From Aduncisulcus paluster (taxonomy: Eukaryota): a DNA stretch of 39,035 nt. A program made the translations under genes and the position numbers. The stretch spans positions 1 to 39,035 of the forward strand of contig BQXS01009951.1 in the NCBI GenBank assembly GCA_024181965.1, read 5' to 3'. Below the pieces are notes generated by a model, which ran no database searches, was not told the DNA's origin, and was given only the letters and a program-made list of their open reading frames with translations. Below are positions 19,076-29,712 of this stretch, one piece after another. Each line of letters begins with the position of its first letter. The first letter of the stretch is position 1.

Positions 19076-22000
19076 ATGAATCACGTATGTTTTTCATTCT
19101 TTTTCATATTTTATTCGAGTTAGGTAATATTTAATTTAGATCATCGAATTCTTCTTCACATTATCACCTATCAACCCCAATTCAAACAAATTACAATTTC
19201 TAATACTCATATTCTTGTAGTTCTTATGGACTAGTGCCATGGATGAACGATTACATTCAGCTATTCAAGTAGTTCGAAAGCAAGGTTGTCGATCTGAACA
19301 ATTTTGGCTTCGTGTGAGTCGTAGGATCCCAGGAACATCTCCAGCTACATGTTGTAGTAGGTGGCAATATATCTCAACTCGTCATAGAGTCAGTAGAGAT
19401 AACAGTCAGAGGCGAGAAGATGGTGGATTTCGAAGAGATAGTCGATCACGAATTTCAACAACTGGTCAACAAAATGTATATAAAACTCAAGAAAGACCAT
19501 GGGAAATAAGTGGAGAAGGTGTTAGTTCTAAAGATCGAGGTTCTACTCCAGAAGTGAGACCTGTTAGTACCAAATTTACGCAGCGCACGCGATCTTCAAG
19601 TGTTGGAATGCCCTCTCACCCATCTAAATTTCAACCCCAATATCATGCTCATCCTGGGAGTCGAAGAGGAAGTAGTCGAGGGAGTATTAGTAGTATGCGG
19701 GAAGAAGAATTCAGTGATAAACAGTGGGATAGAGCTCAAAAACAATTACAAAGGATGAGATCATCCTCTCTAAAGAAGGAAATGGTTCAACAGGTCCCTC
19801 AAAAAATCCAGCATCCCGAGGAACCAATAGCAGCACCTCCATCCTCTGAGAGTCGAGCCCGTCCATCGAATGGAACATCAACGATTATCACGACTCATAC
19901 TCCATCGTCACCTTTTACGCTTCCATCCTTCTCTGCTCTTCTTCATGTCAAAGACGATGCTCATGCTCACACACACACTCAATCTCTTTCTCAGTTCTAT
20001 ATCGGGCAGAAGGTACTTCGAGTAGAAATGGGATACTTTGAAAAATGTCTTAGAGGATCGCCAGAAGATGAAGAAAAAATATCTGACATTGAAGAAAAAA
20101 AAGAAAGAAAGAAGACTTTACTAAGGCGAGTTAAAGAACGAATCATAAAAAACGATAAATTATTCCCATGGCATACCTCTGATGCTATTGATTTTCGGAT
20201 TCAATCCACTTGTAATTATTACGACCTTTACGATGATGATGGTGTCTTGGATATTGATGGGTCGATCGAATCTCCATTGTTCGTGTCAGCACCACCATCA
20301 ACTTTGGCTGAATTACCCTCTCCAGATGGTTATCGATCACCCCCACTTTCTTCTCTTTCTCCATCTCTCATTGACATTTCAATTCACTGTGATGTTGCTG
20401 TTTTTGAAGGATTATTAGGGTTTATTGTTGTAAAGAAAGAAGAAGAACGAAAGATCCGAGAGAAAGAAAGGGAAATTATCTTAAAGGAGTGGGAAAGAGA
20501 GGCTTTTGAGAGAGACCCCAAGAGTGACGATCCTTTTATTTCTCATCATGACAGTGTATATCCTCATCCTCTTCCGAAGTCTATTCCTCGTCTTTTCTTG
20601 AAGAAGATCCTACAATCGCCGACTTCCACGGCACCTTCATTATCTCTCACCCTTGCTTCTATTCCTCCTCTTACCTTGACCATTAGTAATGTCACACCTG
20701 TTCTGATCTCTTCTTCCTTCCTTGACATGCCTGAATTAACTGACATTGCTCTATCTTTCCTCTCTGATCATCTCCCCTCTGTTTTGTCATTACCACTGAG
20801 TCTGTGCGACTCTGTGTGTGACTCTGTGTGTAAGAGCGTCAGTCACACAGCTGGTCTCAGGAATTGGCTCTGTGTGGGTCTCTGTATTGGTGGAATGAGG
20901 AAGAAGTGGGGCAAAGATGAGCAAGAAATGCGGGAGAAGAGATTCCTAGAAGATCTTGACAAAAAACAACAAGCGCAGGATGCTTGGAGAAAAGAAAAAG
21001 AACTTGAAAGGATACATCGATTGAAAGAACAAAGTGAGGATCCAATGAATGAATTACGTTTTATGGAGAAGAAAAGACAGATAATTAGTCGCACAGATCT
21101 TGCACTTGCTCGTTATCGAAATCGACTTGAAAAGGCCATTGAGTCTCTTCTTGTGGCCATGTTTCAGGAAGACGATGAGGTCATGTTTCCTTCCATCTTA
21201 TCAGGGATTGAAATATGGATGCGGACTCAAGGATGTGTCATGGATGAATCCTCATGTAAAATGGAATATGTTGGGAAGAGAGAGAGGGAGAAATACGATT
21301 CTGACAATACTGAACGTGAGATGCGACAAAAAGGTGTTGTTATTCAGCCCACTATCTCATCTCTTCCTTCTGCTACTCTTGGGGAGACTTCCCTTGGTGG
21401 TAAGATACTTCAGAGATGTATTAAACGTCTTCTCAATGGGCATAAAATATCTTATCTCAGTCATCAAGAATGTCTTCAACGCATCGAGAGGCTTGTAGAG
21501 ACAGAGAGAAACGTTGAGATGAAACGTGAGGAGCTGGTTTGGACAAAAGTATTGAATCAGCAAAGGTTTGTTAACTCTATGAAAACTGAGTCAAGTCCGT
21601 ACCAACTCGACATTGTCAATCTTTTAATATCAGAATGCTGGAGGAAAGTGGATGAGCGGCATAAAATTGAGAGAACTATTCTTAACCACTGTTCTCATGT
21701 ATTCTCCTCCTCCTCTTCATCTTCCACTCTTCCCTTCTCTCTTTCACTATGCTCCGAGTGTGGGTGTGTCTTTGTGAAGGAATTAAACGATGCCGGTTAT
21801 GTTGAATGTGATAATGCCAACGTTGTCGTGGATATTCACGGCCAAGAGAATAGGAAACACATATGTTTGGATGAAGAGTGGGGTAGCGCTGATAAGGATC
21901 GTTGGATTCAGGCTGAATTGAAGAAGATTAAAATTGAATGTACCAATGCCAAAGAACAGGTTCAAATGTGGGAAAAGAGGCTCATATCTTGGGAAGGAGA

Positions 22001-22769
22001 ATGGAAACATGAATGGGAACGTGAGAAATCAAAGAACTTATCAACTGATGGATCATGTCCAGCCCCTCCGGTCCCTCCTTCTCCCTATACTATTGCTCTC
22101 TCTGTATACTCTTCCTCGCCACATTTCATCCTCTATCTCCGACTTATCTTCTCTCTCTCGTTCTTCTTCTGTTCATCATGCAGTCGTGTTACTTCAATTG
22201 CTGATTATTTCTTGTGTTCTACGAATATTCTTCACTGTGTCGATAGCTCAAAGGAGAGTGTTGTAAGATCTGATATTTTCTCGGATCCATTGACATCTTT
22301 TGATTCAACACCTAATCCTGCTCTTTCACTGTCAAAGACACTCACAATGCTGTCTATATCATCGATGCCCATCGCCTTAGCAAAGAGAATTGGCCTTATA
22401 TTTCCTTTCGTATTTAAACAGCAAATTGTTGAAGGACAAGAAAAAGATGTTGAAACTGACGAATCCGTTGGTATTTTTTCAAATCCGACCCCATTTTCGA
22501 CTCCATTTAGTTCTTCTGCTCCCAAATTAACCCATTCTCTCTCTTCTTCCTTCTTCCCCCTGTTGAAAAAGATGTCCTCTCCCAATATGTCCTCCAAACA
22601 AAGGAAGCATTATCTGATATCCCTTTCTCACTCTTTGGATTCCAAGGAAATGGAGAAGATGAGGAAGAAACTTAGACAAAAAAGGCAAGAAGGTGAAGGA
22701 GAGAGGGAAATTATAAAGAAATATGATAAATTTCACCCGTATAAAGTATTCATCGGGAAGAGAAAATGA
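19076..22769 (+). CDS. SANBR/KIAA1841 (DUF3342)-like SANT + BTB protein, exons 19076-19084 and 19221-22769, about 1185 aa
   Basis: N-terminal SANT/Myb repeat WTSAMDERL...FWLRVSRRIPGTSPATCCSRW. KIAA1841 motifs LHVKDD...EMGYF, IDISIHCDVAVF, NVTPVLISSSFLDM, then CxxC...VDIHG...H...W and a second CxxC. Confidence 0.8.
19085..19220 (+). other. Spliceosomal intron, 136 nt, phase 0, GTATGTTTT...TTCTAAT...TTGTAG
   Basis: Removal gives MNH|FLWTSAMDERL, supplying the first conserved Trp of the SANT/Myb repeat. Branch-like CTAAT at 19200-19204. Confidence 0.75.
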
Positions 22770-22838
22770 TAATCACTTTTTTTATTGAATTTGCTTTTCC
22801 GTAAGATTAAACAATTCAATGTTTGACAATCGACATTT

Positions 22839-23258
22839 TATAGTATAGTATTGTTTAGTACAGTAATCGAATAGAACACAACAGTTCGTTTTATTCATAT
22901 CAACGTCCTTTTGAAATTTTTTGTCTATTGTATGGAGTATTCTACAATATTTTGATCTGATCAACTGCATTTGCTAAGTTTGTACCAACAGAAGCCTTGA
23001 TACTATCCTTGTCTTGTAAAATTAGACATACATTTCCANNNNNNNNNNNNNNNNNNNNTATAGTATAGTATTGTTTAGTACAGTAATCGAATAGAACACA
23101 ACAGTTCGTTTTATTCATATCAACGTCCTTTTGAAATTTTTTGTCTATTGTATGGAGTATTCTACAATATTTTGATCTGATCAACTGCATTTGCTAAGTT
23201 TGTACCAACAGAAGCCTTGATACTATCCTTGTCTTGTAAAATTAGACATACATTTCCA
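22839..23258. repeat. Gap-flanking duplicate: 22839-23038 = 23059-23258 around 20 Ns (assembly artefact)
   Basis: 200 bp identical on both sides of N23039-23058. Confidence 0.93.
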
Positions 23259-25331
23259 TCCTTGTCGAATGGTTGAATGATTCTTTCTTTCGGAGATTCT
23301 GACGATTGAAGGAATGAGCATAGAGTCTCAACCAAATCAGAACAAGGAGAACCTTGAAGATACACTCCTTCTTTCTCAATAATAACTAATTTGGATGATA
23401 ACTGCGAATAAACTAATGAATTTAATTCCTCTTGCATCCGTGGATTACTTATCTTATCAAGGATAACGTCAATTCTATCAAATATTGTCTGAGAAGGTGC
23501 ACAGGGATGTTTGGATGAGGGAATAACGAGAGACAGGAAGGAAACATCACCCCTGGAACTTTCATATATATATGCATGCTTCCCTCGTATAAAAGGGGCT
23601 GCACACAGAGGTTTAGAAGATGTATCCGAACAAGCCTGGACTGAAGCATCTTCCTTGACATAACTTGACAATTTCTCACTTGAATGGATAAAGATATTGT
23701 GAGAGAAGGAGTCAGAAATAAGGTGCTCTCTTGCATCAGAACAGGATATTTTCCCGCTGAGATCCTCTTGATATTCACGTTTGGAATGGGAGAAATGGAA
23801 CATGAGGCGAGAAATCGAGGGTTGTGATACACTTGGGAGCAATAGAACATCAGAAGGTGTCACAGCAGTTAATGTTGATGATATAGATAAAGGAATAGAG
23901 CAAGAAGGAAGAAGATGATCATGAATAAAGATGCGAGATCTTCTCTTTGAAATATATTCTCGTTTGGGAAGTGTCTGCTCTGATTGACGCACTAATCCAA
24001 AGTAACTAAGACAATCTTTAAAATCTATGGTGAATATTGACTTCGAGGGAATAGATTGATGGGAATAGTACTTCTCAAAGAGCTGTTTTTTCCAGCTATG
24101 GTAAAGCAAAAGCTGGAAGATCGAAGGGCCTTGAGCCTTGAGTAACTTACCTTTCCAAAGTAGAATGGAACAAATACATTGAGAACCTATAATAGATCCA
24201 AAAATAGATTGAGAAGAAGCAAAAAAAGATTGTAATATTTCCAAAGAAAAAGAAATATTGTTGGAAATTGTTGGAATATGGCACAAAAATAATGAGTCAT
24301 GTTCTTCAGGTGAATACTTAGCAATAATCTGAATTTCATCCTTTTCAATGATTGTTATCTTTTCTTTAATCAGCCCAGAGAGATACTCCAATATATCATT
24401 AAATTGTTGGAAATGTCGCGCAAAAGAAATGGGAGGAGAAGAACGGAGATTTCGCTTAACAAACTGAATTGCATGATGCTTCTTCCTTCTTTCCTCTTCT
24501 TCAACTTCTCGGATATCATCCATACGATCTTCTTCTTCCTCCTCTTCCTCTTCTCTTTCTTCTTCTTCTTCTTCTTCTTCTTCTTCTTCCTCTTCCTCTT
24601 CTTCTTCCTCTCCTTTTTCTTGACTTGGTATATCTTCGGTGAGATTTCCTTTGAGTTTTTCCGCTTCTTTGAGGGATTCACTTTCAATAATAAGGGTTTC
24701 TTCTTCTTTTTTAAGATATTTAATTCTTTGTTTTTCAACAACAGATCTTTTAATTTTTGATAAATGCAACATTGAGATTGGAATTCCACTAATTGCAAAA
24801 GAATACGATACAAGAATCCCAAAAGATTTTAAAAGATATCTGACAGAACTACTCACAGAAACATGGAGTTGGACAGGAGTAATGGGTAACGATTTGATGA
24901 TTTGCTCTTCAATTGTTGGAGAAAATGGTGCAAATAGGGGTAATAAATAAATGCCAAGAGAAGAGTTGGAGAGAAAGAAATATGAACATAAAATAAGTTT
25001 ATGGGTTGGTAACTTTGACAAATATGCACTTTCAATAATAATTCCTGTCGGTAATACATCAAATATAATATAATTTGCGGTATCGCTCTTGTGATATACA
25101 TTTTCAACGATACGGGAAGACGCTGATTTTATGGCAATAATAAGTCCAGAAAATAAAGGAGATTTAATTGTTTTGAATGGATAACAATATATTGGCTATA
25201 TAATAATAATAAAACATGAGATAAACCGGGAGTGAACTATAGTATTTACAGATTTAAAACACCGGTTAACATACTTCACTGATTTCTTTTTCATTTGCAT
25301 TTAGATCAAATACTAAAAAAGAAGGTTCCAT
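23162..25331 (-). CDS. Probable CCZ1/INTU/HPS4-family longin-domain protein, exons 25331-25275 and 25195-23162, about 696 aa
   Basis: The spliced N-terminus MEPSFLVFDLNANEKEISE|PIYCYP...FSGLIIAI resembles the first longin domain of this family (F.iy......E....I.yyyP ... G). CSILLWKGKLLKAQGP resembles the second longin. The CDS is well supported; the family call is tentative. Confidence 0.5.
25196..25274 (-). other. Spliceosomal intron, 79 nt, phase 0, GTATGTTAA...TATATAG
   Basis: Joins a 19-codon ATG exon in frame to an open frame continuous with ORF 23162..25021. Confidence 0.8.
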
Positions 25332-25431
25332 AATATCCTGAAAGACATCAAAAAATGAAATTGACAGGATCTTCCCAATTGGTTAACCAAAAAAGATAAG
25401 AAATAGAATTGAACGGAAGGGAATTATCTAT

Positions 25432-26700
25432 TTATTTGTTTACGTTCATTCCAACACCAATGACTCCAAGAATAGCTGTAATTCCTGCGATTAATCCAAT
25501 CGTAAGCTTAAATGGGTCCATTTTCTTTTCAGGAACCTTCAAAGATATCTTTTCTCTTGGTCTTTCCTGGAAACAAGGTGGCATCACCCTCTCTCTTTCA
25601 GTTAATTTGGAAAATAAATTGATAGCATCCATTAATTTGGAGATATGTTTTGAATAATCTTTAAATAAAATACCCTCAGAGCTGACTTGTTTCTTGAAAT
25701 CTTTCCATTCTTTCAATAAAATAAGTCCATGATCCCCTTTTGATTGCTCATATTGTTTCTCAAGAACAGTAATACGTTTTCCAAGTTGTTCAAATTGTGG
25801 AAGAATAAAAGATTTCAAAGATTCACTAATCTGTTCTTCTAAATCTTCTCTATCATCCTCCAATACTTTTTCTAGTGTCTTTTTCTCTTCATCGAAACCT
25901 TGTTTCACGATAGAGGCGATTGATTCATCCCCAAGGACAATATGGAGATTCTGCAACGATGTTTGTATATCAAGGAGAGTGGCTCTATGCTTGGCATCAA
26001 ATTTCAATTTTTCAAGCTGCTCAGTTAGTTTTTTTGACTTTTCTCGTTCATTTCGAATCTCCTTCTCTTTTTTTTGTTTCTCATCTTTCATTTTTGAAAT
26101 CATTATTTCAAGTCTCTTAACTTTCTCTCTAAGTTCATCTCTTTCCCGTTTTATCTTTTCAATGTCATGAAATGCGTCGTGTTGAAGGGACTGAATTCCT
26201 GAAGGGGAAGAAGATGAACGAGAAACGAGAAGATCGGAGTCATGATGAATAGAATCACTCATTGGAAATCCAAAATTCTTTGATCCGGCACGCTTAAGGC
26301 GAACAGTAGTTCGTAATTGTTCTGAAAAATGTCCAGAAACGGCGAGAGTTGGTGTTTTCGGTGTTCCTGGAGAACTGAATGGAGGATGATCCATCTCACT
26401 TCCAACAGAGGGATCAATTGATGAAAATGCATGAGATGTAGATATGGAGGGAGTGGTTGAGAAATTGGTATAAGCTTCGATCACACAGTCAATACAATCA
26501 CGGACACGATCCAAAGGTTCAAACTCACCAAATACATATTCCTCGCTAATTACATCGAGGATTTCTTCGGGGGTTTCTTCAATATCACTTGGTAAATAGT
26601 ATTTTATGATTGCAAGAAGGTTGGATTTGGCTACAGTATTATTTGATAGTAAAAACCCTTGTTCTCTTAAATATGATTCTATTTCTTTGTCTTTTTCCAT
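25432..26700 (-). CDS. Tail-anchored coiled-coil protein, 422 aa
   Basis: Acidic helical N-terminus, S/P-rich linker, long coiled coil, and a single C-terminal hydrophobic segment LTIGLIAGITAILGVIGVG followed by only 5 residues. Confidence 0.8.
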   Translation of the reverse strand: MEKDKEIESYLREQGFLLSNNTVAKSNLLAIIKYYLPSDIEETPEEILDVISEEYVFGEFEPLDRVRDCIDCVIEAYTNFSTTPSISTSHAFSSIDPSVGSEMDHPPFSSPGTPKTPTLAVSGHFSEQLRTTVRLKRAGSKNFGFPMSDSIHHDSDLLVSRSSSSPSGIQSLQHDAFHDIEKIKRERDELREKVKRLEIMISKMKDEKQKKEKEIRNEREKSKKLTEQLEKLKFDAKHRATLLDIQTSLQNLHIVLGDESIASIVKQGFDEEKKTLEKVLEDDREDLEEQISESLKSFILPQFEQLGKRITVLEKQYEQSKGDHGLILLKEWKDFKKQVSSEGILFKDYSKHISKLMDAINLFSKLTERERVMPPCFQERPREKISLKVPEKKMDPFKLTIGLIAGITAILGVIGVGMNVNK

Positions 26701-27068
26701 TTATAATTGTAATAATTATTTAAATTTGTATTTTGAATTTTATCACCAAGTCTTGCTTCCCACAATTGCCCCACAATTTGTTCATTTTTGATTTTTCGAT
26801 TGTCTTCTCATTTTTTCAACTCATACTTTGCTTTTTTTGTGGATCTGGTTATGCTAGAAGTATTTAACAGGGCTGTATTATTGTAAATCTATTCCGGACA
26901 ATTGTATTCAACTCTCGGTCAACTTTATTCTTATGAGGCAATAATTCTATGGAGTGCTGATTTGGTGTTGTTTCATACTCATGGTTAGTGAAATTATCTT
27001 GTGAACAATACAATAGAAAATAATAGCAACAAAACCATATAATATTCGAATAATTTTAAATAATAATA

Positions 27069-27809
27069 TCATTTTGATTCAATGGAGGAAGATCTCTTTT
27101 GTGGACGATACTTGGTTTCTCCGTGCCTTTCTTTTCCACGACTACTGGATCTTCGTTTCCATTTTTGACGTTTTTCTTCTTCATCATCACTAAAACCTTC
27201 CTCGCCTTCTTCATCGTGAGCATTACTTGCGTCAGTAAATTTTTCTTTTGAGAGCTTTTTCAAGTCAACTGTACTATCTGAAGAATGTCGGACATAGAGG
27301 GTTTCCCCAACACTAAAATCCAATTTCTCAATGTCTGAAGGGTTAAGATATCGCAATATATAATGAGGATGATCGATTGGACCAAATACATCACATATAA
27401 AGCCAATACAATGATAAAAATAATCCGGAATGGATGAGGATATCGAAAGGGATTGAGGTTCTTCAGAAGGAATGGATGAAATCGGAGCATCTTCAGGATT
27501 TTCTTGAGAAGAAATTATTTTTTCGTCTTCTTTATCGGGATTTTGAACTTTATCATAAACAGGTTCCCACAATTGATACGGAAGTCCTATTCCTTCTATA
27601 ACAACTGTATTGTGGACAAAATGTTTAATATTACCAAGAATATGCAATTTTTGCTTTGATTCATCATGAATATCCATATCTTCTGGTATAGATGAGAGAT
27701 CAACTATATCTGGGAGAGCCTCATGTAAAGAACGAACAATAAGTCCTTTTTCATTTTCTATCTGAACATTAACAATAAATTCATCGGAAGATTCAGATTC
27801 TTCCTCCAT
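27069..27809 (-). CDS. NAF1: H/ACA snoRNP assembly factor Naf1 (Gar1/Naf1 family)
   Basis: LGNIKHFVHNTVVIEG, IGFICDVFGPIDHPHYILR and the Naf1-specific TDASNAHDEE...FSDDEEE motif. First ATG at 27809. Confidence 0.9.
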   Translation of the reverse strand: MEEESESSDEFIVNVQIENEKGLIVRSLHEALPDIVDLSSIPEDMDIHDESKQKLHILGNIKHFVHNTVVIEGIGLPYQLWEPVYDKVQNPDKEDEKIISSQENPEDAPISSIPSEEPQSLSISSSIPDYFYHCIGFICDVFGPIDHPHYILRYLNPSDIEKLDFSVGETLYVRHSSDSTVDLKKLSKEKFTDASNAHDEEGEEGFSDDEEEKRQKWKRRSSSRGKERHGETKYRPQKRSSSIESK

Positions 27810-27949
27810 ATATCTCACTCAACTTGGATTTCAAATCAAGTTGATTTGGGAGGAGTAATAGGATAGTGTGATTTTTGTAAGATTGATGAGGCACGCGGAA
27901 TAAGGAGAAATATTTATTATTGATGATGATTATTTTGTTGATATTTGAA

Positions 27950-28573
27950 TTACTTTACATGGATATGAAGAATATTAGATGCCGTTTTTCTTTTGAATAT
28001 TTTTCCACTTTTACCAACTATCACATTCTCTTGACTTCTATCGCCTGTTGTTTCATCTATTGGAACGACAAGAAGTTCCCTGTCGATATCGATACTCGAC
28101 AAAACTCCGCATTCTTTTGGTTCAATTGATAATAATGCTCCTCTACGATCTCCTAATGATAGGACATACGCACGAACCTTGTCTCCAGGGTATAAAACTT
28201 GATGAAGCTTCAGCTCATCTGTATCTTCTGAAATTGAATGAGGCTTTATCCGACCAAGAGGAGCATTGGGAGGCAATGAAATAAACTTAGGAAGTGGATA
28301 TCCATCAATGTGAGATATTGAAACAATTGATTCAACCCTTGATACCGATAAAACAGTTCCGATCACTAAAGCCCCTGGATATAATCTTCTAAGATATGAT
28401 AATGAAGGCAATACTGATATAAAGATATCTTTTGATTCATGTTTATATATTTTTTGAACAGTACCGGCAATTGTTGCATAAATAAAACCATCTTCATCTA
28501 ATCTCGTATTTTCGCCAGGTGTATCAGGTATTTTACCAACAATATCACCTGGTAACACAAATTCAATTGACAT
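27950..28573 (-). CDS. CSL4: Exosome cap subunit Csl4/EXOSC1
   Basis: VLPGDIVG...IYATIAG (N-terminal domain), PGALVIGTV and PGDKVRAYVLSLGD..LLSI...GV (S1 domain), C-terminal SGKIFKRKTA. Confidence 0.9.
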   Translation of the reverse strand: MSIEFVLPGDIVGKIPDTPGENTRLDEDGFIYATIAGTVQKIYKHESKDIFISVLPSLSYLRRLYPGALVIGTVLSVSRVESIVSISHIDGYPLPKFISLPPNAPLGRIKPHSISEDTDELKLHQVLYPGDKVRAYVLSLGDRRGALLSIEPKECGVLSSIDIDRELLVVPIDETTGDRSQENVIVGKSGKIFKRKTASNILHIHVK

Positions 28574-28732
28574 GAGTCAAATATCAGATTGATTTCCTGA
28601 AAGAATCGTCAAAAAAAAGGGAAATCAATATCCATTTCTTGGCGTTGCCTCAAATAAATATCTTTCCGAATCATAAATTCGATTATAATAACAATCAAGA
28701 TTCAAGAGAACCCTATATCATTTATTTTCAAC

Positions 28733-29550
28733 TTAGAGGTTAAGTTTAGCCTTGGAATCAGCTTCCTTTCTAATAGCAGCTTGAACCTTAGCAATCTTGT
28801 GCATAGCCTTACCTCCCAAAACTGGTTTACCAACTTGACGTCTCAAGGTAGTGTAAGAACTCTTGGCCTTGATAGCATCGATAACAGTTTGGAGCTCAGC
28901 CTCGTGCTCGGGCTTCACGGAGGAGAAAGCAACACAGGAAGCAGTTTTCTGGTGAACAAGCTCTCCAAGAAGAGACTTAGACTTGATGATGGCGCAAGTG
29001 ACACCAACACGCTGACAGAGAGCAGGCATCCACAAAACAAGCTATTTAACAATATCATAAAAAATCAATATAAATAAATGGAAAATGAAATACAATATAA
29101 AAAATAACAACTAAATTAACATACTTCAAGAGGGACAACATCATGAGCAACAAGAACAAGCTTGGCTTCTTTCTTTTCAATGAGGTTAGTCACGTTGTGG
29201 ATTCCGAAACGGAGGTATTGGGGGGCAAGAGTAGTAACCTCAGATTCCTTAGAAGCTTGGGCAAGACGAGCCTTCTTTTGGGCGACAGTCTCAGGAGAGT
29301 ACTTGCGAGCAAGTTTCACAATGTTAGTTCTGAGATTCTTGTCAACTGGATGACGGAAAACGTTAATCTGTCCAGGGACCTTCAAACGAGAGTTAAGGAT
29401 CTTACGTTGACGTTGGATACGGATGTAACGAGGCCATTTGACGTAACGGGTAAGATCACGCTTAACAGGAACGGCTTGACCAATACCAAAGTGACGGGGC
29501 TTGGCAGTAAACCTCACTTTTTGAATTTCTTTAGGGACCTTAGCACACAT
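28733..29550 (-). CDS. RPL7A: 60S ribosomal protein L7a (eL8), exons 29550-29125 and 29041-28733, 244 aa
   Basis: FGIGQ..KRDLTRYVKWPRYIRIQRQRKIL..RLKVP, KYSPET, AKLVLVAHDVVPLE|LVLWMPALC, IIKSKSLLGELVHQKTA. Confidence 0.97.
29042..29124 (-). other. Spliceosomal intron in RPL7A, 83 nt, phase 0, GTATGTTAA...AAATAG
   Basis: Removal restores the conserved eL8 peptide DV.P.E|LV..lPALC exactly. Confidence 0.95.
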
Positions 29551-29712
29551 TTCTTTCTGCTTCGCTCTCTAGACTGCGAAATCAAGAAAGGAGTGAGTGG
29601 AGTTGTTGATCCGAAAATAGCAACATGAGAAAATATCACATAATCGCTAAAATGATTATCATGTGGGTAAAATTAATAGTATTTTTTTATTTATCGCAGG
29701 TTATAAAACATT

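Noticed and set aside
19121-19140. TTAG|GTAAT inside the SANBR intron, resembling a recursive splice site or micro-exon boundary
   Set aside because: A short motif that is likely by chance in AT-rich DNA; the single 136-nt intron already gives a sensible frame.
26701-27068. Possible extra exon or ncRNA in the spacer upstream of the tail-anchored gene (GTATGA donors, CCCACAATT x2)
   Set aside because: No in-frame exon/acceptor combination or RNA motif could be supported.
29143-29628. 161-aa ORF antisense to RPL7A, and many other short antisense or alternate-frame ORFs
   Set aside because: Shadow ORFs caused by the codon bias of the real genes; no recognisable motifs.
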